Positions 39,401-52,496 of a DNA stretch of 55,787 nucleotides are shown piece by piece. The DNA is from Catajapyx aquilonaris (taxonomy: Eukaryota), in contig JYFJ02002512.1 of NCBI GenBank assembly GCA_000934665.2, positions 1 to 55,787 of the forward strand, read 5' to 3'. The translations under genes were made by a program, and so were the position numbers. Under the pieces are notes generated by a model, which was not told the origin of the DNA, did not search any database, and was given only the letters and a program-made list of their open reading frames with translations. Each line of letters begins with the position of its first letter. Position 1 is the stretch's first letter.

Positions 39401-40147
39401 TTGCCGCTCCCATGTAGCCTTCTGGAGCCCATCGTGAGCTTTGTGACGTTAAAGCCCTAGCCTCGGGTTCACACTGGGTCAAATCGATCTCTCAGGCCCG
39501 TCCGAATCCGCGGCACGTTTTCATGCTCTTCTTGGGCGGTTTGCTCTCCAGGCCGGCTCCTTCTTTTCCAGGTGACTCTTACTTAACCAAGCCCGCACAA
39601 ACAACCAAAAACCGACTTGTTCCGCCATAACATCCGCATTTTTCCTCCTAAGCAAAAGTAACAAAAACCGCGCAGAGAAAAACATTGCGCTGATATGACA
39701 TCGAGGGCAGTGCTCTCGCAAAAACATGGAAAAACAGGTCCAAAGTTCTCTGCGAGCACAGTGTTGTTACGATGTACGCTTCTGTGCCAGTACTTCAAAT
39801 GAATGGGGTAATAATGTATAGAGCTGGAAGACCCCCCGAGAACCTAAAAGTGTGAATGTGTGATATAAAATTTTATTGCTTCTGCTGCCAGCTAGCTTTC
39901 TCCTCCATCAAATCAGACGTTGAAATTGAAGGGGGCCAGTCGAATCATTTTACCATCATCATCATCATGATTCTTCTTCCCTCCCCCCTTCTCTTTTTTC
40001 TCCCTGCCATCATTCCTTTCAAATCGAGCCAATGAGACGTACCACCTCAGGCCATCTGCAACCGAGCTTACACATCCACTCATGCCTAAAATAAATCCTC
40101 GCAATCACAACACAAGGAGCATTCGATGACGGTCTCATAAGCATGTA

Positions 40148-40189
40148 CAGGGTGTTTCAAAAATGCCGGAATCTTTATGGAACACCCTG
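40148..40189. mobile_element. 42-bp Tc1/mariner-type MITE remnant
   Basis: TA|CAGGGTGTTTCAAAAA ... TTTATGGAACACCCTG|TA: inverted termini with a TA duplication. The 13-bp inverted match TGTACAGGGTGTT/AACACCCTGTACA is perfect. Confidence 0.65.
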
Positions 40190-43100
40190 TACAGTCGTCC
40201 TTGCGGATGATTCATATGCTTGCAGGCCTATACATCCTACTGATTGGGTCACTGGGGCTTTTGATAACCGCGTCCCAAGTCAGGCGGACTGGAGATAGTC
40301 TCTTCCGCTCTTTCTAGAGCGATAATGCACACAGCTAAGTATAAAAGAGTGAGTCATCATCGCTGTGCATTGACGCTGTGCAGCATCCTTGGCCGGCTGC
40401 ACCAGCTTTTTGATGAAATTGACTCGGTGGTGGCAAAAAAGCCTTTTAGACGGTAGACTACACCATCTCCAGGTTTAACTTTTGGCAGACTTTCCTGGCC
40501 GATTTAGCCCGTTCCGGTGAGGGGGCCGAAGGAAGGTCAACTCCCGGATTTGTTTCTATTGACGTCAAAGGGAGGTGGGGTTTGTTTGTGCCAAGTGTGT
40601 CTGGACGCGTGTGTAATGTCCCCCTGGCTTTCTTGCACTCCTCCCAAGACGCTTTTTTTTTGTCGGCTGGGCTTCAGTGAGGAAGACAGTGATTCAGTCT
40701 TGCGCAAGGGAGTAGGCGGAGGTTGGGAGGTCACCAGGCCAAACAGACTTTGGGCCGATTTATGACTACGAGGACACCTACAAGCGGCGTGCATGAGGTT
40801 TTTCAGGGGCGGGGATGCGACATGACGCATAAATTTTACCGCAAGCTGCCCTTGAGTGGCTTTGGATGATGCTTATTGCCGGAAAAAGGCGCCCACGAAC
40901 TGTGTCTAAATAAAGAAAATAGCGCCCATTTACTCACCAACATGCGGGAAGTCAACTTTCCAATGTAACGTCCAGGAGAAGGAAGACTGAAAGGAGAAGG
41001 AAAACGCTCAATGTAAAACACCACTTAATTTTGATTACAGTATTGCATCGCAATCAACTGGGAGAACACTATTATGTCGTTTGTTGTCAGCCTGCGAACC
41101 TAACGTGTGATTACTTTCGTAAACAATTCGACGAAATGATTTGGGTAGGTTAATATATTCTGCAAGGCCAGAGGGACAGCATTGTAATATGAATGACCTG
41201 GGCCTCGATCTCACCGTAAACTATTATTTATGTAGGAGGTATGCTAGGAATAACTTAGCAGTTTAGAGTATACGCACCGATCCCTCTAAGGACGTTTAGG
41301 GGCTACACACATTAATTATTAAGCGCATTAAATAAATTACCCTTGTGCCCAGGTACATCTCAAATTATTTAAAAGCGTACAAATAATTATATATGCAGCA
41401 TAGGTTTATCGACCATCACGCCTGATTACACAGTTTATAGTCAGCAGCCCTAATGCAAGCAATCCCTGGATTGGAATAAGGGAATCGGAGTATATGCCCC
41501 CCTGTAACAAGTTTGCAGTAATAATTAATTATGGACAGGAATTTACAACGATCCGCCTTTGAAAAGCGGTAATGTGTATTTAGTCTGAATCCCCGTTTGA
41601 AATCCCCTCTCGAAGCTCCCTCCACTCCCAAAAAAGTCGTTAGCTATTCCGGCCAACTACGTCTATTGCATTTGAAATTCCACAACTGTCATGTGCACCA
41701 GAACTTGGAAACTCCATATAATTCCCTTCCCCCCACCCCCCTTCCCCTTCCTCCACCTCTCGTCCTCTCTCGAATCGACATGCGGAATGCAGTGGGGAAC
41801 TATTCGCCATATCGCGGAATTGAATTTTGTGGGCACGAGAGACGCATCATATCTAGCTGCCGGGGGAGAGACCCGGGTCCGTGTCGGCGATTCTATCAAA
41901 CACTATGATAGTCAGCAGGGGTATGGCAAACTCGTCCGGTGTCAACAGCACAGATAGGTTTACGTGCCTGTGCGCGAAGGAATCCGCCAGGCTGGACCTG
42001 CGATTTACGACAGGTCGCCGACAGGTACACAAATCCCCAGCCGCGATAGTCTCTGGTCTCGGGAGCACCTGTTTTCAGCTATCACGCGAGCCATAAAAAT
42101 TAAAGCGCCAGGTCCCCACGGATTCCTTTCCAGATCTTCCGACATAATTAGACCCCGCAATGATCATCATCATCGTCGTACGTCACCGCAGAAAATGGAC
42201 ATCGGCCTCTTTTCTAACCACATCTATCCGCCCCATCCATTAGACCCTAGCAATTTGCAGCCGGACACCTTTCCCCTGTCGTCGGGTTATCAAGACGTGT
42301 TCAAAGCTATCTGTCACTTTCCAACACGTGTGGAGGACATACGCGAGCACTCGCAGGTCACTGACACCAAGTCCATGTCCCGACCTTTTTTTTTAAACAC
42401 TCGGTGTGCTTGCCGGTATAAATTTTTCAACGTGATGAATAGCTAATACAGGGCATGCGAGGTTTCTAACGGCGCATAATTATTGCAATAATCCTCGCTG
42501 TTCTGGCCAGAAAGTTTCTTGAGAAATTAATGAGGTTCACTTGTGAAGCGTACTACCTGGATAAATTATCGACTGATTCACCGGGACAAAGAGCCAACCG
42601 CGCGAATAATGTATTTCAAGCCCCACGCCAGAAGAGATGAAGGTTCGCGCAGGAACACGTCTTTGAGCAATAATCAAGAAATATCGCAACCAAAACTTCG
42701 TCTTCAGTTACAAAAAAAAAAAGCATTTTCTCGGTCACCTCAACAAGAGTCTGGAAGTCAAAGATAGGTGCATCATTAGCAGGTTGGAACCGCGAGGCCT
42801 AATGCAATTATAATGGGCTTAAGCCTCATTTGGGCTCTGTAGAGCACTCGTTTGCCTCCCACTGCAATGCAGACAGTTGAGAACTGCTAGGGGGGGGTCT
42901 CACCGGTAATCGCCTCTGGAACGAGAAACCTTCCCTTTTCCTAGAGTGCACTATGGCAACAGGGCTGCATAAGATTTGAGGAAAACAGGCATGGCAACTA
43001 ATGGGATAGGCGACGGCACATGCGCTCCAATTGCGGAAACCCGCAACACTCGAATCATATTCACCAGGGGTTTATTTGCACGTCAACTATGTCCGGCAGG

Positions 43101-46100
43101 AAACTTTGGAATCCTGGCCTACACAATTTCCCTCGAGCTCTATAGTGGCCGTGCCGCACTAAATAGTACGAAAAACCACGCTGCGTGTGCGATGCATTTT
43201 TCAAAAACTGCAAAAATCTGTCCGAGAAGTCGCTTTGATAGGGGGCCACCTCATTCATAAGCAAATTAAACAAGCAAAACATATTAAAACTTCTTAATTA
43301 AAGAAACACGGGGCGTATTAACATAATGTAATTACAGCAGAAATGAAAAGCAAATAAGGGGTAATAAATTTAGGTGAGGTTTGCATGGTGGTGTCTTGCC
43401 CCTGGCCAGATACTTCCATGCAGCATGAGAGAAACTGCATGGTATTTTATACTCTGTTGAAATATTTTTCACGCCTCCAGATCCTGTTCCCTCATGCAGA
43501 TTATGCGGATCATAATAATTAGCGCGCGGTCTCATTTGCATCGACCTTTTTATTACACCCGGTTCTGAAGGAAGCATAATGCACTATCCACAGTACAATT
43601 CAGTGTATCTGCTCAAGGTAACGGTACGTCCTCTCGCCCACGTATGACACGCTCAGTAAGTGTTTCCTCTCCAAAAGAAGCCAGCTTCAATCTTTACAGC
43701 ACCGGAATTCGCAACCTTGAAGCTCTTCCTCCTGATGAAACGAGTGTGTACAAGCATCAGTGTGGGCATATAGGTTTGGCCACACGCCCCGAAACACTCT
43801 TCCTGAAAATGGCCGGGGATTAATGGGGTCAATATCATAAAGCTAATCCGGCGGAATAGAAACTGCATTAGCAAATACCTGGGAGCAAAATTTTGTGCGA
43901 TGGTTGTCAGCATCGGACACTGATGATGAGCAGCTACCAACCAGCAAAAAACCTCGCCTGGAGGAGAAACACTCCCGCAATGTGATCACGGGCCGATCAG
44001 ACTGACCTGGAGGTCACAACCCCCACCGCTTTTTGTCCACAACCTTGCCTCTGAAAACCCATCCATCTCATTAACCCCACAGGGCCTTAATCAACACCTG
44101 ACAGCCCCCGCTTCGTTAATTTGTAAGGTGCGTGCGGTTGGCGAATATTCATCTGGTAACCCTGGGCAAGGGCGACCAATATGGCGGGCAGAGGGTGCTT
44201 CACCCTTCACTTTTTAGGGGGTTGCACACACGCCCCACTTTTGTCCGTGGGAAATGGAACCAAGGGGCATGCGGGCTAGATAGAGGGTGCGGTTCCGTTT
44301 TTTTTCACCGCCTTTTTCTCAAGTTCAACCGTGCGTGGGTTTAGATATCTCTGCAGCTGGCAACCCTCCTCCTCCTCGCATGATCACTTCTTTGTTGCAC
44401 TGCTACCACGCTAATCTTTTATTGTCATGTATATTCACCCCCTCCTCATCCTCCCAAGGCAATCACGGGCCGCATCAAGGATTACCCGCTAATTCCAGGA
44501 TCAATGAAACAATAGCTTTTTGGGAATGTACACTTCGTAAAGCCCATAGGTAAAAATCTATACGCATTTTGCCCAGGAGCACTTCGAGGATTTCCAAACA
44601 CCTGCTTCAGAACCAAAATCATTGTTATTAATTGTTGGCTCAACAATCGTGACCCTACTGACAATGGGTGTGACGTCACCCTTTTTGCGAGCGTCATAAT
44701 CCACGTGAGGACCAAATCCTCTCCTCAATGACAAGACTAACCAAACCTTGGCCAAAGCTCCGGACACACAAGCGTCGTGTTCAAACAAAGCCTAATTGCA
44801 ATTCCTCGTTAATCCCGCGTAACAAGGACCCCCCCTACATCTGGCGATGGGGTGAAATTGGCCCTGGTTTATTTTAAGACCCGGATGACACTCGCCATGG
44901 GCAGGGGTGGTCATAGCAATGAGTCGGCTCGTTTCGGGTACATGTTCAATATTGAACTAAGATCCAGACCTTCCCCTCCATTTTTTATATATATTAAATC
45001 CTTCATGTGCACAAGTACCGAATGTTCATTAGTCATCCATTGTAATGAAAAAGGTAGCCCGAAGCGGTGAAGGTGTTCAATATATCAAAAAAGGGGCTTA
45101 AATCTGCCCAGTCAGTGGCTGCCCTTGGTCACTTGCCCACTTTTTAATTGCCCCCAGAATTTCAGTTACCCTTCGCATTTTCTCATCATCCCTTCTCGAA
45201 ACAATCGGTCCACAGTCGTGTGTCACGTTATGACCGGACCAACGGTACAACAGCACGTTCGCACCGGGAGACCAAGAAGCCGCAAGCAAGCGGGAGCCTC
45301 ACAATCGCCTCCAAAAACTGCTGGAAACCCTGATCTAAAAGCCTTCAAAAAATCTCCAACCATTTTTTTTTCTTCTTTTTCTCGTTCTTTCTTCTGCTTC
45401 TCACGCCCAGGACCAAGCCTCCTTCCTACCTCGCACGGAAGAAGAACAGGTCTGCTGGAACCCTTTTTCTTTTTCTCCTCTGGCGCATTGTTATTCCCGA
45501 GAGGGGCTGAGGCTGGTGGGCCTCCCTTCACGGCTAATCACCCAAACTCCTCGCTTTGGCCTCATTACGCATTTTTCCACCACCCATTAAATGCCCGCTC
45601 AATTGTCGCATCCAAAAAAGGAGCAGGGTTGTGGGAACCTGAGGGATCAGCGGAAGAACGAAAAAAAAGGAGGCTGGAAGATCCTCCCTGGAGGAAACCT
45701 GTTACTCCCTCAGGATGCTTAGTATTGATATCGAGTACTAATACTGCTTTTTTACCGAATTGGTAGGATGTAATTGGAGGAATAATGGGAGGAGAAAGTA
45801 CAAGATCGACATCGTAGAATCGGGCGTTTCCTCTTGCTTGGGATGAGATGCTATTGTTCTGGATGGCCAATCCTTCTTCCTTGTCCTTCCAAGACTCGGC
45901 TCGGATTCATCAGTCATCACTCGGGGGATTTTTGCCATCCTTTTATTTCAGACTAAAGGCGGCCTTTCGTGCACTGCAGAGGATAATCCTTTCGACACAC
46001 GTTACATGCCGAGATATTGCTGGCCTTCTGAGTCCATGAATTTCCGCTTAGTATTCAGTAAGGAAACTGCTCCACATGTTGCGACATACAGTGTGTTTAT

Positions 46101-49100
46101 AGTTCCGCCATGAATCAGTGTTATATTTGCTCTGTAAACCTTGCGAAGCTGAACTTACACAAAATTTTACATACGGCATATAATTAGGTATACTGCACTG
46201 TACGCGTACGTCCCCAAAAGCGGCTCAGAAAATTGTATAATCATACTTGCAATAAGTAAAACAATACCGTATTCATAATTATAAAACAATGAAATGCTAG
46301 AAAGTTATTTCACTTTGCTGATTTCGAAAGGTAATTTATAGGTCGACCGGAGTATATGACACTGCACACTCCGGGAGATTGTCGAACAAGCTTAATGTTC
46401 CATTGTTTAATTCTATGCACGTTCCTGTCAGACTTATGAAAACGGCTAATTAGATTGGAGATGAGAATGCATGCGACGTATGAAGGGTGAAAAAGGGGCG
46501 TTCGCTGTTCAGGCCGGTTCATCCTGTTCCTTTAGCATTTTGTGGAATATGGAAAAGAACCCCGAGTCCAACCCAATCAGAAATGAGCACTAATGAGTGC
46601 AGCCTACATTAAATTATGCCAGGTGCCTGACCCTACCTGCCCCACATTAATTGATCACATTTTTACAAAAAACCAAAGTCAACACCTTTCTTTAATTTTT
46701 GTGCAAAAAGAAGATAATCCCGAGGCTATGCAGACATTTCCTTTCTCTTCCTCGTTGGTGTCGCCAGCGAAGGACTGTCACAAATCAGCACCTTGACGGT
46801 TGCGTGGTTTTGACCCGTGCGCGACACAACAGTCGCGTGTACCTGTTTGCAATCCCAAACCTGGGGCTGTCATCCGATTATTATGATTCGAGACGCATGG
46901 CCGCTCCCATCTGACGACGGAAGAAAAGGCCGCTTCGTTACCGCATTTCACGCTTGCATCCGCAAAACACTGCTGCATGTATTTTGGCAAGGGTTTGAGC
47001 AGGGGTAGCCATCCAGGCATGAGGCCCGCCAAGAGATTAATGGTCCGCTCGGCCCCATGCTTAAAAGGAAGAAATCCAACATGATGTAAAGGTGATTAGG
47101 GCCGCCCCGTTGTAAAATGCCAAGGACGCGCCGGACTATTCACACGCGAATTTCAAAACCCTGCCCTAAGAGATAAACAATCTAGTTCCTCCCTCTTGAT
47201 AAAACTACAACTCTAAAAAAAAATATCCGACCCTGAATCACGATTCGAAGATGTATCGCAAATTTTTTTTTACATCGCCGATATCAAGATTTATCGGTGG
47301 GTGAAGTCGCATTTCTGCTTAAACTTCTTATCAGAACGAATCACCCGACTGGATTAATTAGAAGCTTCGGCTACGAGGATATAAACATCACTTCCTACAA
47401 CATTTTTCCATTTTCTCTAACTGGCTTATCACATGTTGGCCTACTGTAAGCACGTACTCACTTTTTTTTGCCATTAGGACGTGATTTTGATACGTGCTGT
47501 GTTTCTTGGTTTCATCAGGTGTGGGAACAAGTAGCATTATCTCACCTCTGAGTCTATGACAGTCTAGTTGGTAGGCTGGCTTCATGATTTAGAGGTCTGG
47601 TCCTGTGCACTCTCCAAGCACACGTGTGTTTGTTCTCAGCACTCTCCCACACAGTTCCATACATAATTCGGCCAAAGCGCTCTGGGCAACGCCAAATTGC
47701 TAAGTCAAGCGCAATCTCCCCTCTAGCTCTCTCTCTCTAAATACACAAAAAATAGCAGAAAAAAATGGCGAGGGGGTATAAGGGAGAAGACTCGTCTAAT
47801 TTTTGCTCGTTATGTGTCTGGGGCTCTGCTTCTACCAATCCAGCCTTTTGCCTCCTTTTCATTAGGTAGCGGTCTGTGCTGTGTGCGTGGAAGAAGAGGG
47901 GGAAGGAAATCGATGGCGGACTTTTTCTGCACAATACCTCAGGACTCGGCAGCAGCAGCCAATGTTGCCTTGTTTCCTGCGAGCTTCTCTTGTAACCTAA
48001 GCCCAGGCCAGGTTATATAAAGGGGAGTTTCAAAATGGCACACACGAGGGGGGGGGGGGNGGGGTCATTGCTTTGTACTTATCTCTCGTAAGGTACTGTA
48101 TAATCTAGGGGAAATATGGTACGCGGTGGTTCGACGAAATAGCTTGCGATACCAGGATCAAAAGGGCTGATAAAATACCAGGGCAGATTTAATGTGGAAG
48201 TGGCCTTCGACGTCACTTTTCTTCCTGAAGTTGTGCCTCTCACGTGTTGTGAGAAAATACAATCAACGCGTATAAGGGCGGCTAATATTTTTCCTGGTGG
48301 TATTATAAGTACCATTACTCTTGAGACCAGACTTCCGTGTAACACACGAAGTGTGTAGGTCATCTGCCTTAAATAAAATCCAATGCTGAAGGAAGAAACC
48401 TGGTGCTTTGTGTGGCGTTATTCTCCATACCTATATGTTCACTTCAGCGCAAATAGGCTATAACCTGCTTAGTCAAATACTGTACAGACTAGCATGACAG
48501 TGTTGCAAACAAGTGATTTTGTGCACCCATGAAGTAGTACTGTACCCTGCTACACCGCAATTTTACTTCAAACTTGCTGTTGTCTGGAATAATTTACCAA
48601 TCTCTAACAAAAATAAAACACTGCTACACGCCGTACTAGTAACAAACGCCCTAAAGTTGCAGTTGTTAACCTGTAAAGCGACTGAACGTAAAAAGCCCCG
48701 CGTAAATATTCATGCAACTATTGCTAATGTTTTTCTTCTAATTTTGTCGACTATATTTTTTAAAATTAAATCACACACCCTACACCAGGAGTTTTCTCTG
48801 CGCACCATTTAATGTATACGAGTATCTGCACAAAAACAAGCCTGCAACTATACTTAACCCTAACAATTTTTAACCGTTTATAGACATCACCCCTTAGCAT
48901 GTTACAGTAACGTTACCCCATGTTTCAACGTTAAGCAAATTGCACGCAAGTAACCGTCTCCAATGCCTAGCACATGATTGAGAAAATGCTGTGGAAATGG
49001 AACTAGATCCAGCCTTTGAGTCTCCCTGAAAGGGCAATGGGTACGGCTCATTAGTCGCATCGCAGCTCGTCAAAATGCGAGCATCCGGAAGGCGATTGCA

Positions 49101-52100
49101 ATCGTCAAGGACTTGCTTCCATATACACTGGAGGGTATAAAAGCCATTCCAAGCCTTTCGACCCCATGGTTTACAGCAATGACCTAAAAAAAAATCCGGC
49201 GGAAGTTGCACCAGTAACGTTGCTCCGGGAGACGAACCCGCGACAAGACAGATCGATTCCCGGGGAAATGTTTACGACAAAGCTGCAAATTACATTAAAC
49301 GGGGACGTTATTGGAGGCCGCGTAAACAGGCAACGTCCTCATTAAGTCCCCATCCTGCATCTGATTTACTGGGTTCGAACCTCACCTGACTCCAAGCCCC
49401 CAGTTTCACTTTTTCATCCTCAACAACAAAAGCGATGTGCTCCCTGGCTTCTTTTTCCAACAACACCTCGACTTGTGCAGGAACTCGTAGCTTCCGCGGA
49501 TAATGGCGCATTCTTACAAATTGACCCATAAATAACCACCTCGGGGGCCTCGACGAGGAAAAATGCTCCTGGGGGCGGCATTAAATCAATAAGGGACCTT
49601 TTAGTCGGCGGTTAGGAAGTGGCCAACCTTCCCAACACCCTTCCATCTCTCTATTTTTTGGTCTATTTTTTTTGTTCGTAGCAGTTGGTGGCACCAACAG
49701 GTACGGAGTGCGTCCTGTCAACATATTTCCCCTAATGGCACTCTGCGTTTTTCCACCTTCACTCTCCAACTCCCCGGTACCTCAACCGCGTGTCATTAGC
49801 ATTTCCACCGCTGACTTCGGTCAAACACGCCAATAGAAAGGTTACGACAAAAGATAGGGCGGCATCCCACAGGCACCTGCCAGGAATTTAGAGACCCTGG
49901 CCGTTACGGGAGCACAAAGAACCCAAACACAACCAACCATTGCATTTAGCTGTACGCCACCTGACAGCGCTTAGAATGAGACACTAGCCCCAATTTGGTA
50001 CAAATAGAGAGACCCAGACTTACGTATGCGTAAGTCGGGGGGGCTGCCTTACAGTAAAAACTGTTGAACATTCCCACCAGTTCAAATGCAGCTACTCGTC
50101 CAAATAATTTTTCTCAGTACAAAAGAACAGCATATGCAGTGCACCGGTGCGGAATGCAGATTTATGATACGTGCCGTGTGTGGCTCATGCGAGAGATGGG
50201 GGTTGGGGGTACGGGGGGGTGACGAGAGCAGAACCACCTGTTTGCCCACCTTCCGAGACACGAGCTGGCGCCAACAATCAACGCGTTTCAACGTCAACGC
50301 CAAGGATAAAGAGGGCAGCGAAGGTCATTAATTGGAGAGTTATGAGCAGCGAATTCGGGGAGTACGCCCAGCACACAGCACATGGGGACAAGGAGGACGT
50401 GGACTGGTCACCTGGCCGCCTTCCAACACTGCTGGATTGTCCAGGCCTAGGCTCTCCTGGCATGGCTGGCCGGCCTTCACAAGGCTGCTGCTCCCACAGC
50501 CTTTTATGGGAATGAAAACGCCGATTCTCCCAGGCGTGGGTGGATTACACACTGGGCAAAGCCAAGGCCCTTGGACACCTTCTCACCTGCACACTAAAGT
50601 GAGCATCATTCTCTCACCATAATATTTACATTCCCCCCGGTGCGGGTCTTGTAGCGGACAGACAAATATTGAAATATACCGGTTTTTTTTGATACCCATC
50701 GCACCCTGCTGGTTAAGAAAAAATGTGTGGTCGTCAAAATGTTATGTGCATTTTCATGTAATAAACAATGCAATGTGTTTCCTTGTGGAAAAAAGTATTC
50801 TCGAAGCTGCCTTGCTGCGGGCTGTTATTTACGATTGTTGAAATGAATTTAGCCGTGGGATGAAAATTCATTTACACGAATTGAAGGACTTTGCATACTT
50901 CGTGCCTTTTGTAGCAACCAGCTGTTGCATTGCATTCGAAATAGTACGCTACAAAGCAAATTACTGTTGCTGAGTAACGGAACAACCTAATCTCGAAATA
51001 ATGGGTTTAAATTAGGTATTAATTTGTCACAATTGAATCAAGCTGGTTTATTGATGTCCATGGGTTCATTCCCAGGCAGAGTGTACATAGACAGATTAAA
51101 ATTTCTAGGCAGACTATGGTGCACCTTTCACCCCTTTTCTATCCAGGGGCACGTGAGGTGTCCTACTCTCTAATGTCCATGTCATGATTAGCATCAGCTC
51201 GTAATAAGTAATGCCCTAAAAATTAATAAAGACTTGATTTACTAGGAGCTTTGAGAGTTGCACAAACAGTATATTGGCAATTCAAACGGTTATTAATCAT
51301 TGCTGTTTTTCACGCACTAATAAGTGTCAAAGGCTTTTACGGCGCAATTTTACCCCTTGTCAAGAGCTATGTTTTTCAAACACTATTGCAATCGCTGTCA
51401 TGCCAAAAACACATCCGCTCTATATATGATCCCGTAATGGACGTCATACCCTTACTCCCAGTTGAAACAGATGCACGGTTTTACACACAAAGGACACGAA
51501 GAAAGCCTCTAGGCCTGATTTGCTGCCTAATTTCACTGATCAAGCTTTGCCAAAGCTGGCCACAAACAGCAAAGGTAACCCGTCCACAAAGCACGCAGTC
51601 CCACAAGTGATTCGACGAGCTGTATACAGTATGTGTGTGTGCACGCACTCTCACACACAGCACACGCTCTCCCTTCAGCGTTTACCCCTTTTGTCACTCC
51701 CACAAACACGGATAATCACGTCCAAACAAGGAGCCCCCTCAGCAATTATGGAGAATAAATGTTATTACACGGATGCAATAATTGGCTTAATGCCGCGATC
51801 ACATACCGGCCCCGGTACACCTGGGGCAGAAAATTCGGCTGGCTTCGGGTTAAAAAAGAAGCGGGGTCCACGTGTGTGTGCTGTGTATACGGTACAGTGT
51901 ACGGCGTGGGAGCCCCAAGGCTCTTTGTTCTTGGGCCTGGATGCAAGATAGCGGGAGGTTCTTATGCACACACACTCTCAGGTATACGGAAGTCTTGGGG
52001 CCACCGCAGAAAACCGGCCTTGTGAAGGACGAATTCAGGAAATTTTGCCCTCGTTTCTACGATTGCGGCCAACTGATAAGCATTACCGGGGCGATAAAAG

Positions 52101-52430
52101 CTCTGTAATTACTCCTACCTGCGGTGGTTATGTGGCAAAAAAAAACCGGTTGGGACGGGAGCATTCCCCGTGTTATACAAGAAGGAATTCCCAAAACGGA
52201 GTCCCATTTGGGAATGAAGGATAATGTAACCGTTCTCCTCGAGGACGTCTCACTCACCATTGTTGACAGGCAAAAATCTCAATTTGGACCAACGAAGGCT
52301 AAGTTCGTAACACGGATTCTAAGCAGCAAAGACATAAATGGGGATGAAGCAAATTTCTTTTTTTAAAAATGTAGTGTTATATTACGGAAATACCCATCTC
52401 TACGAGGCAATTCAGTTATACGGCTTGTCC

Positions 52431-52496
<66 letters not shown>
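52431..52496. repeat. (AAT)22 microsatellite
   Basis: Perfect 66-bp trinucleotide run. Confidence 0.98.

Noticed and set aside
45125..45766. 213-aa ORF
   Set aside because: Low-complexity composition from T/C-rich tracts, no domain motif and no splice support.
49312..49394. tRNA-like segment with B-box GGTTCGAACC and a ...CTCCA end; similar B-box-like words near 19142 and 51062
   Set aside because: No A-box, D-arm or anticodon arm, and a broken acceptor stem. At most a decayed tRNA-derived SINE head, not a tRNA gene.
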